Source of the DNA: Vitrella brassicaformis CCMP3155 | Taxonomy: Eukaryota; Protista; Chromerida | Assembly (NCBI GenBank): GCA_001179505.1 | Contig: CDMY01000939.1 | Coordinates: 1 to 9,690 of the forward strand | DNA length: 9,690 nucleotides | Direction: 5' to 3' | Shown here: one piece after another, positions 1-8,516 of the stretch | How the letters are laid out: the number at the start of each line of letters is the position of its first letter | How positions within the stretch are numbered: position 1 is the first letter of the stretch | The notes under the pieces: generated by a model | Databases searched by the model: none | Told to the model about the DNA's origin: nothing | What the model saw: the letters and a program-made list of their open reading frames with translations, nothing else | Program-made: the position numbers and the translations under genes

Positions 1-159
1 GGGGGAGGAGGGTGGGTGTTTCTATATAGGGTGGCCGGCTATATTGACCATGTTGGGTGATGTGAGACACCCATGGCCGGCCACCTCGTGGCCAGTCAGG
101 CCAGGATCACGGCCGTCTCCCAAGCGAAGCAACCGAGGGAGTTGTCTGCAGTGAATCAC

Positions 160-178
160 TGAATGAATGAATGAATGA
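160..178. repeat. (TGAA)n microsatellite
   Basis: TGAA x4 plus TGA, seen directly. Confidence 0.85.
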
Positions 179-775
179 CAATGACCCATGATTTATTGAT
201 TCATTGTTTGAGTGACATGCAAGCACACGCTCGTGTGACTCGAGAATGACAGAGTGATTCGTTCGTTCATGCCTTATCCAGCGGCCCGTCCCATTGCAGA
301 ATCACTATCATTACACTGATGTGTGAGACCTCTAAAAAGGAACAGAGAGATCACAGGAGCGCAAGCTGAAGTCTATTTTCACCTGAGAAAAAGTCCGTTT
401 CACATGATAACGAATTCTTGCGACTTACTTCGGCACGATCGGCATCGATTAGTCAGGCGCCAATAAACGACATACACGCGCGAGGTGGATGTATGGCTGT
501 GTCTCTGTGGATGGGTGGATGTATGTAGCAAGAGCCCCACCACACATTTCAAAGTCTTGTCACAGCATCGGTCAGCCCACCACCGACAGACAACGACAAT
601 CCCATCTCACCTCTCTATGTCGATTCGTGTGCATAGTGCGAGTTGTGGGTGGCCGACCAGAGCTGCCGCAGCCCAGCATGTGCGAGTACCTCAGCCGCAA
701 AGTCGTCGGACGAGTCGCAACCAAGACAGCACCCACAGAGAGACAGACAGAGAGAGAGGGCGGCTGCATGTCCTC

Positions 776-804
776 TGTGTGGTGTGGTGTGGTGTGGTGT
801 GGTG
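776..804. repeat. (GGTGT)n intronic simple repeat
   Basis: GGTGT x4 plus partial flanking units just upstream of the AG acceptor at 811-812. Confidence 0.85.
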
Positions 805-1038
805 ATGTGTAGCAATCAGAATGTGGGGTTCGCGTTCACGGTCGACGTGCCGCTGCTCGAGACCATTGAGTGGGACGGCATTGTCGGCCTGGACTTTGCA
901 AAGTGACACCGCTCATGTACGATGCACACATAGATCGATGCAACTAGAGAGGCAGGGAGAGAGACGTGGCTGCCATATGTGTGTGTCAAGGAAACGATCA
1001 TGAATGACGGGATTCTCACTAACTTCACCTACACACAG

Positions 1039-1058
1039 CAGACAGACAGACAGACAGA
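1039..1058. repeat. (CAGA)5 microsatellite
   Basis: Seen directly. Confidence 0.85.
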
Positions 1059-1510
1059 CCACTTACATATGTGATGTCTCTCTTACCTGTGTATGTGTGG
1101 ATGGTTGTGTAGATGTATGTGTGGATGTCTGTGGAGTTTCGGCGGGAGGACAGTCAGCATACAGACAAGTACATACGACAATTAAATCACTGTATGTTTC
1201 TGTGTGCCGATGCAGGCATAGCGACGGACGACGCCGACGAGACGGACACTCGGACAGGTTCACCGCACAGAGAGAGGGAGGAAGGTGTGGTGAGCGCGTA
1301 GGTGTTCCTGCGGCTCATGATCGGCTTCGTGCGAGACAAATGAAGGACAGCCATGCAGTGCGTCGATGGATAAGAATGGATAGTGGGAGGGAGGAAAGGT
1401 CATGACTGCATGTATGGGACCGTCTTCAATTGAGCATCACATGAACGTCTCACGCCATGCAACACATGAACGGCACGAACTCACAGGCAGACAGGCCGTC
1501 AGATTTCCAT

Positions 1511-3531
1511 CTACCCACTGTATCGGAGAGATCGGATGCTGAGCTTATCATCTTGCTGCGAGCACAAGGTGATCGTGCCCTCCAGGCTGCTGAGCTGTGC
1601 AGGCACGGCAGACTCGAGCAGGCTGCGTGTGCTCGCGTCCAGGCCCCGCAGCTCGAGGAGCAGCGCCTTGCACTTGAGCTGCAGCAGCGATCTCGTACTC
1701 GAGCAGGCGAACTCGACAAAGTCGGAGACGCCAGCAGGAACTGACACACAGACAGACATTCGTATACAGGTCTCTTTGTGTGTCTGCTTGATCTTTCTCA
1801 GTGGGGCTATGTACCCTCCAACCCACCCACCTGTGAGATCGACAATCAGTGTGGTCATCTGAGGGAATCCCTCTCTAGGCTCCCCTATGTCGATACCCCC
1901 GCTGCCCACCCCCCGAATATCCATCGCAGCCACCATGTCGAGCTCCCGCTCACACCCAATCACCTTGATCGCCTCAAACGCCTGTTGCACCGGCACATCG
2001 CCCAGGACGCACAGCACCTGCAAGTTGGGCATCCTGTTGGCCAGCTGGGTGCCGGCCGCCAATGCCGTCTGCTTGTTGAGAACCAGCTCCGACACCTGCG
2101 GCATCGGCTGGATCTGCTCGATGATGGCGAGGGCAGGGGGGGCGGTGGCGGGGGCGGCCTGTGCAGGCTGGTCGACACCCAGCACAACCGCACTTGTGGC
2201 CTTGTTGAATGCGAGGCCTCTGGCCATGTCGAGCATCGCAGGCGTGGGCGGGGTGGCGAGGTCGGACCACCTGAGGTCCACTCGCACCACAGTCGCCTGG
2301 TCTGCCAGCTGGCTCATGAGGGTCTTGAGGACGGGGGAGGGGGCAGCGGGGAAGAAGGGGCGGTACAGGAGGTCCAGGTGAAACGACCCTATGCTGATGG
2401 AGACGCCCTCGATGCACACCGCACTGGCGAATGTCTGCAGGGCCTCGGCGAACTGGAAGACCCAGTTGCCCACAACCGTCGCGTCGATGAACTTGACCTT
2501 CAGCGACTTGAGGGACCGACGACAGCCTCGTGACACGAGGACAGACCCCAGCACCTAAGGAAGGAAAAGTATAGACACAGTATGTAAGTATCATTGCATC
2601 TGTTGTCCATTTTGTGATAGCCTGCTGACCTGCAACCTAGTGGACCAGACGTTCAACGCAACCAAATTGTTCATGTGGACGTTGGAGACCTCAATCGGCC
2701 CGATATCCTCCAAGTTCGCCAGCGGCCCCGGCTGTCCCTCCTCTGCAGCAACGGGCACCTGCTCCAGCACCTCGGCCTTCTGGTCGACCGTCGAGGGCAC
2801 GTCGAACACCCTCAGGCACTCCGACGAGCCGACGAGTGGCCCCAGCGTGTAGATGTGCTCGTGCGCCTGCACCCGCTCCAGCGACGGGGCGCGCGCCAGC
2901 CGCGGTTGCCGATGCCACGGTGAGGATCTGGTCTGATCCACTCGGTTGCAGTGAGGCCGATGATGGATCTGAGGGCGGGGAGGGAGGGGGGCGAGGCACA
3001 GCTTGGGGGGAGGGTGGGGTTGGAGCGACCGACGGGGCACCAAAAGGCCGCGGGGCACAAAAGGCTCACCTGAAATGTGATTGTCGTGAGTGAGCCGTCG
3101 GGGATGTCGGCCGCCTCTCCCCGCCTCTTCGCCTCTGCTCTCTTCTCCGCGACCATGGCTGCGCGGCCCTCTGTGTGACCTTCGATGAGCGCCGTGACAA
3201 CGTCAAGACACCAGGCGCGGTCGCCAGCCGGGTGACAGCACCAGATGCGGGTGAGGTTGGGCATGCGGCCGCCCCACCTCATGGCCACGTTGACGGGCAT
3301 CGCCTGCCAGAAGGCCCTGTCGGCGGCCCTGGAGCAGGCGATGTCCGCCTGGCGGCACTGAGCCCCGGCCTCCGTGGCGATGCTCTTGTTGAAGAGCGGC
3401 CACACGCCATAGCCGGAGATGAGAACGAGGGCCTCGCGCGACAGACGCCTCCCAGTTACCGGTCCCTCATTGGTTGCACATCGTCCCGACTGATGGATCA
3501 AACGAAAGGATGTGCCGGTCGTGCCAGCCAT
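1511..3531 (-). CDS. Hypothetical protein of a chromerid/Vitrella-type expanded family, with an apparent frameshift near 2890
   Basis: ATG at 3531 (MAGTTGTSF). Coding blocks 3531-2630, 2554-1831 and 1740-1511 (TAG). GT-AG introns 2629-2555 and 1830-1741 have matching phases. Block 1 changes frame at about 2890-2896 (GWRAP then SLERVQ). About 617 aa if 2 nt are removed, or 584 aa if 3069-2969 is spliced. Motifs WCLDVVTALIEGH, GSLTTITF and PPSLPALRSIIGL are recalled from Vitrella hypothetical proteins (not searched). Confidence 0.75.
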
Positions 3532-3687
3532 CCTGCACACACCATCACTACCTCTACCCCCTGCACACAAATGGACGGCAGCGAAGCGGGCGATTTCTCC
3601 GTGTGTGCACTTCTCTCTCTCTGTCTGTGGGTGGGGTGGGTGTGTATGCCCAGCCAATGCCTGACCTCGGTTCTGACCTCTACTCAC

Positions 3688-3937
3688 TGTATTCAATGCC
3701 TTGTCCATGCTTCAGTCCGTCGAGAAAGCCTCCCTGGTATTTGACCTTGCCCTGTATCCAAAACACCGGCATCTGAAGTGTTGATGGCCCCACTGTTCCC
3801 TAAGCCTCACTCACGTTATAGAAGTGTTCGATGACCTCTTCACTCTCGTCGATTTGGTCGTCCTTCCAGTGGCACTTCAAATGAGGCTTGCCGTTGGGGT
3901 AATAGGTGGTGCCGGGCCCGTTGCGCATTCCCTCGCT
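3688..3937 (-). pseudogene. MORN coding sequence stranded downstream of the premature TGA
   Basis: After the TGA (3940-3938) the frame continues SEGMRNGPGTTYYPNGKPHLKCHWKDDQIDESEEVIEHFYN to a GTGAGT donor at 3814. A further GT-AG-bounded exon 3751-3688 reads GKVKYQGGFLDGLKHGQGIEY. Confidence 0.8.
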
Positions 3938-5047
3938 TCACTCGCCCTCGAACTTCTTGCAGCTTGTCCTGTGATCGTACTCGATCCCATGGCCATGACG
4001 CTCGCCGTCCATCCACCTTCCTTCATACCTGCGTAAGAAAATACGGGTGAGACGGGAAGAAAGCGGGTGAAAAGATGAAAGGTATTTTGCCTGATTGCTC
4101 ACCAGGGAGTACATCCGTCCTCGTAGAAGAGTGTTCCCGAGCCCTCCTTCTTGCCTCTGGCCCAGCACCCCACGTAGACCTTCCGAGGGGCAACATTGCG
4201 GCCGCTCAGAGCTGAATGGTGGTTGCGATAATCGCCTGCAGACCCACATGTGGAGCGCGCAGACACAGATGGGCCGTTTGCGTATATCTGATCGTGCCAT
4301 ATACCGGTGACGTATTCGGTGCCGTATCCACATCTGAGTCCGAAAAGCATCTGGCCCTCATACCTGACGTTGCCCTGCATGTGAATGGCACAAAGACAGA
4401 CAGGACGGTATGGAGACGCTCTTTTTCACGTTTCTCAGTATAATGCTCTTCATTCGCCCATGTGGACTCACTCACGTTGTCGAAGTATTCAATGACCTCC
4501 TTGCTGTCATCGACCTGGTCATCCTTCCAGTGGCACTTGAAGTGAGGGTTGCCGTTCGGAAAATAGGCTATGCCGACTCCGTTGCGCATTCCCTTGCTCC
4601 ACTGGCCCTCGTACTCTTTCTTGTTGACCAAATCGCCGTCTCCTTCGTAGTATTTGATGCCCTTGCCGTGAAACGCACCCTCGCGCCAGTCTGAGGAACA
4701 CAAGGAGGCATCAAAGTCTCTGTATTCGTGTCCTGTCGGATTGAGGTTCATCTTTCGCACCTCCCTCGTAGCGCTTGGCATTGGGGGGCACATCAGGATT
4801 GGGAGTGATGCCCGCAGACAGGACGCCCCAGCCCTCAGGCACCTGTGCCCACAAAGGCAAGATGGACCTCCTGGCAATGGATGAGTTTCATCCAGCCCCT
4901 TTGGTCCATGCTCACCCCATTTTGTATCATGCCCTCGTACTTGCCCTCGTACTTGCCCTGTGTCCTTTCGATTGTCGTGTCGCTGCTGGTGGGGAGCACC
5001 ATGGCCTGGTGGTGCGTGTGCATTGGGGTGGGAGTTCCCGGCCGCAT
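3938..5047 (-). CDS. MORN-repeat protein (240 aa to an in-frame TGA)
   Basis: Exons 5047-4916, 4842-4761, 4690-4476, 4374-4305, 4235-4103 and 4028-3938, all GT-AG and phase-consistent. Repeated MORN-type motifs: YEGDWREGAFHGKG, YEGQWSKGMRNGVG, YEGQMLFGLRCGYG, YVGCWARGKKEGSG, YEGRWMDGERHGHG. The start codon (5047) is the least certain part. Confidence 0.85.
4931..4959. repeat. 12-nt tandem duplication in MORN exon 1
   Basis: GCCCTCGTACTT x2 plus GCCCT on the + strand; encodes GKYEGKYEG on the - strand. Confidence 0.85.
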
Positions 5048-5231
5048 GACTGCTCGTCAAACGACGTGAAGGTCGGGGAGTGGCTGAACAAAGCTTGGGG
5101 TGAAGTCGGTATCCAAGGACCGTTGAATGGCGTCACCATAGGAAGATAAGGCACTGTTTTGCCCTGTTCCCTTCAAGTTTGGTTTGCGAGCTAGAACTGG
5201 GGGCCCCCCCGCGAGGCTCAGTCTCGGAAAA
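5048..5231. promoter_or_regulatory. Putative bidirectional promoter / 5' UTR region between divergent genes
   Basis: Only 184 nt separate the inferred ATGs of the MORN gene (-) and CFAP73 (+). Inferred from geometry; no specific element identified. Confidence 0.45.
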
Positions 5232-7344
5232 ATGGCGTTAGCGGACACGGCAGGAGCCTCTCATGCGGCGGGCGGTGGTGGTGTGGGAGCCCAACCTCTT
5301 GTATTCGATCATGTGGCGCCGGCAACGCGACTGCTGGTCGATTGACCACGCTAACACGAGAATACCAGTGCTTTCACTGATTGTGGTGTGTGCAGGAGAA
5401 GAGGCGTCAGATGTATGAGGTTCAGGACGCCCTTGAGCAGCAGAAGGCCAAATACGCCGAGAAGGAGGAGCACTTCAGGAAGAAGGAGGAGCAGCTGAGG
5501 GCCAAGGACCTCCAGCTGCAGCACCAGCTGATCCGTTTCAACAAATTTCTGCAGGTCGGCGAATAAACGCACGTTTCCGTAGGAATGCATTCATGGCCTT
5601 CTGGCTGTCGTGCAGGACAATGAGGCCAAGAGGCGGCGTGCTGAGACAAGGGCAACAGAGGAGAGGTCACAGATCAAACAGAAAGAGGTGAGACAGCTCA
5701 TCGGGGAGGCCGTATTCACGCACGTCTTCTTTCGTGTGCCGCAGGAGGAGATCGCCGAGTTGGAAGATCAGCTTGAAACCGGCCGCAAGCAGCTACAGGA
5801 CCTGGAGGAACAAGTCAAGAAAAGTGCGTGCCAAAGACGCGGCGAACAATTTTGGTCATCCGTACGGTGTCTGCCCCCTCTCATCAGACATGAAATACGA
5901 GGAGTTTCTTGAGCAGGTGAAGATCGATAACGATGAGTTCGCTGAGATCACGGACCTTCTAACACGATATGACACGCTTGACAATGCCAACCAAGATCTA
6001 CTTGACAGCCAGGTGTGGTCGACATCCACTGGGGATTTATCACCTTCGTCGGATATATGCCTCAGGGTGTGTTGATAGAGAAGAATGAGGATGTGCGCAG
6101 CCAGTTTCAGACATACAAGAAAGACACGGCCAACCAAATCCTGGTGAGAAGGAGAAGCCTGAGACAGTGATCGATCGACGACCATGTCTCTACGTGTGCC
6201 AATGTCAGGCCTACAACAACCGCATAGCTGCCCTGCAGCGTGACATTGAAGACCTGCATAAGAGAAGAGGCCACCTCCAGCACCTTGTCAGTGGAACGTA
6301 GAGAGCTCCATCAAATGGATCGACGACGGAGACATGTCTCTTTGCCCTTTGTTCAGGCTGACGAGGCCGTCCAGTCCGACTCGCAGCAGTCGCTGCACGT
6401 CGGGCAGATACTCACGTAAACCAAGAACAAGGCATCATTCACCCACGTATGGACGTTTCTTTTCCCCTTGTGTGTGTGTGTCCGTTCCAGCTCAGTGGAG
6501 AATCTGTTTGAGCGTTGTGTGAGCAAGCGCCCCGCCATCCAGCACGCCAACGAGCTGGAGGGGCTGCAGCTCCAACTAAATCTCACCGGGTAGGTTGGAC
6601 AGAAATCCCCAAGAGCCCATATGCACTGCTGCTGTTCATGTCTTCCTTGATCAGTCGTGGTGACGCCAAGGGCGGTGAGAGTGCTGGTGGCGCTGGTGCG
6701 ACCAGTGCTGGCAGCATGAGTGGGGACGAGTCGTCGGACAGAGCTAAGGGATCGTCCAAGAAGGGGGACGAGGGGGGCGAGAGTGAAGACGATATCACAC
6801 AGAGACAGGCTAAGGTGATTGAGAAAAAGAACACACACCATGTCGCCCTCCCTTCTCTTATTCTCACTCTGAATGCATTGACGGACAGAATGCCATCAAG
6901 CAGCTGCACGTTATCAAGGCCTACATTGTTGACTTCATGCACATATGCAAGGCACGCAACACTCAGGAGACGGCTCCCCTTTATCGCCATCCTTTGAGGT
7001 GTCTCCATCTGTGTCTGTCCGCAGGAGCTGACAGCAGCCCGGAAGGGCACCGGGCGGCCGACGATGCTGCCTCTTGCCATTGATGAGGGCAAGCAGGACA
7101 AGGTGGAGTTCCTGTTGTTCAAAGACCTACACAGAATGCACGACACTGGCGGGAGTCAACATTCTTACTCGAGAGTGCATGGCAGAAGTGCCACCGAATC
7201 TGGTGAGAGCATTTTGCGACACCACAGACACCACAGGTGTACGTGTAATGATTGTATGTTGTGTGTTGTGTGTTGTGTTGTGTTGCAGCGTCGTCCATTG
7301 TGAGCCCCACCTTGAGCAAGTCGATTCTGTCGCAGCAGAGATGA
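5232..7344 (+). CDS. CFAP73: Cilia- and flagella-associated coiled-coil protein, CFAP73/CCDC42 family (DUF4200), 436 aa
   Basis: 13 exons: 5232-5336, 5396-5554, 5616-5687, 5745-5823, 5888-6012, 6066-6143, 6209-6286, 6357-6415, 6491-6589, 6655-6814, 6889-6951, 7025-7202, 7289-7344 (TGA). Total 1311 nt, open throughout. Family hallmarks: PATRLLEKRRQMYEV, FRKKEEQLRAKDLQLQHQLIRFNKFLQDNEAKRRRA, KYEEFLEQV, EITDLLTRYDTL, YNNRIAALQ, QLHVIKAYIVDF. CFAP73 versus CCDC42 cannot be resolved by eye. Confidence 0.9.
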
Positions 7345-7840
7345 GGGATATGGTGGGTGGCGTGGGAGGGTCAGGGGTGGGAGGTTCTTTGCTGCACGGG
7401 CTGGATAAGGATGAGATCCGTCTCTGTCGAACGGCGTGTGAACCCATCCATGGTGTTTCATTCATGTCTGTGCTCTTTCCTGTGGCTCACTTCGTACCTT
7501 CGTGCGTGAATCTACGGAAGCGGGAGGTGTGCGTAATTCCTCGCACTCGGTTACGGCACGTGTTACGGCCGCTCTTCCTGATTCGTGCGCAAGATTGTTG
7601 ACGTGTGGGGAACAATTTGTTAACCGCCCACCCACTACCCGCTGCTGTCAGTTTGTTGTGCACAGCATCACTGAATGGGACAGGGCGGCTCATTGGGGTG
7701 CACTTCTGTGTGGGTGGGTGGGTGACTGTGAATGTGCGGTCGATTGACTGAATCAGACACATGCTTATTCCATGGGATGATGAGTTCACTCAACGGCCGT
7801 CTTAACGCCACACACAAGCAGACACACTCGACCACACAGT

Positions 7841-7844
<4 letters not shown>

Positions 7845-7870
<26 letters not shown>
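7845..7870. repeat. (GA)13 microsatellite in the convergent intergenic region
   Basis: Seen directly. Confidence 0.9.
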
Positions 7871-7871
<1 letters not shown>

Positions 7872-8230
7872 TTATGGCAGGCAGGTGAGTCAGCCAGGCA
7901 GCCAAGCACACTCACACATCGGCCGGCGCGTCACATCGAAATCGGCCGGCAGTCGACCGGACTGCACCAGTTGCACTCACACCCACACCCACAGGCAGCC
8001 AGCCATTCGGTCACACAGCAGCAGCAGCAGCTGGTCCACACAGTGAGCGGTGGGCGATGTGTCCTGAAGAACAAACCGATCGGCGACAGAGACGACTGAC
8101 GACGGCCCAACTTGAGATGCCCTCCTGACAACACACACACACACAGACGGGCAGGGCGGCACTCAGCCACATGGTGACAGAGGGGATGTATCGCTGCGCA
8201 CCCACCAGTGCGTGTCGACTGATGGGTCGG

Positions 8231-8484
8231 TCAGCCGCCGCCCTCCGCCTCAGCCGCGCCACCCTCACCTGCCCAAGGCAACACACACACACACACACAC
8301 TGACGCAGGTCGACGTGGGGGCATCTGTGGTGTGTGCGGCTGTGTACCTCCGCCGCCCTCATCTCCGTCGCCCTCTCCGCTGCCCTCATCTGTGCACAGA
8401 GAGAGAGGGCACGTCATCTTCCATCCATCCGATGAATGGTTGAATGTGTTCCTCCCTTCGGCCGTACCATTGTCATCCCCCTGT

Positions 8485-8516
<32 letters not shown>

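Larger units (their letters stand above)
394..1343 (+). pseudogene. Pepsin-family (A1) aspartic protease pseudogene, plasmepsin VII-like
   Basis: Family motifs appear in the correct order across several frames and exon remnants. NEFL-(1-nt gap)-TYFGTIGI(G) 409-447; KSPTTHFKVL-(frameshift)-TAS 530-570 where FxVxFDTGS is expected; CELWVADQSCRSPAC 637-681; flap-like EYLSRKVVGRVATKT 684-728; NQNVGFAFTVDVPLLETIEWDGIVGLDFA 814-900; ETIMNDGILTNFTY 991-1032; FGG 1138-1146; VFLR-LMIGFVRDK* 1302-1343. Several blocks are bounded by AG/GT (AG 635-636, GT 571, AG 811-812, GT 903, AG 1300-1301). The family call rests on A1 consensus motifs; the plasmepsin VII resemblance is from recall. Confidence 0.85.

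Noticed and set aside
1-393. Promoter, signal-peptide exon or transposon end upstream of the protease relic
   Set aside because: A TATA-like TCTATATAG occurs at 21-29, but there is no ORF, terminal inverted repeat or target-site duplication I can support.
776-804. Telomere-like or CRISPR-like repeat arrays
   Set aside because: Short intronic simple repeats without spacers, typical of introns throughout this window.
1778-2533. 251-aa + strand ORF and other long antisense or alternate-frame ORFs (1974-2594, 1887-2381, 3175-3744, 6583-7146)
   Set aside because: Shadow ORFs of GC-rich coding sequence, with Arg/His/Gly-biased composition and no motifs or supporting splice structure.
3938-3940. 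UGA=Trp genetic code or selenocysteine insertion
   Set aside because: Two other genes in the window (ending 7344 and 8231) terminate on TGA, and all other Trp codons I read are TGG. The homologous residue is Trp, not Cys. A single G>A change explains it.
4927-5248. Minus-strand ORFs 5057-5248 and 4927-5154 as an N-terminal extension of the MORN gene
   Set aside because: Neither is in frame with the MORN exon, I found no convincing splice pair linking them, and one overlaps the CFAP73 start. They remain possible uORFs only.
7345-8230. Extra small gene between the convergent genes (ORFs 7487-7789, 7502-7747, 7732-8046, 8011-8298)
   Set aside because: No recognisable motifs or consistent exon chain; the ORFs run through microsatellites. 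Most simply 3' UTRs and spacer.
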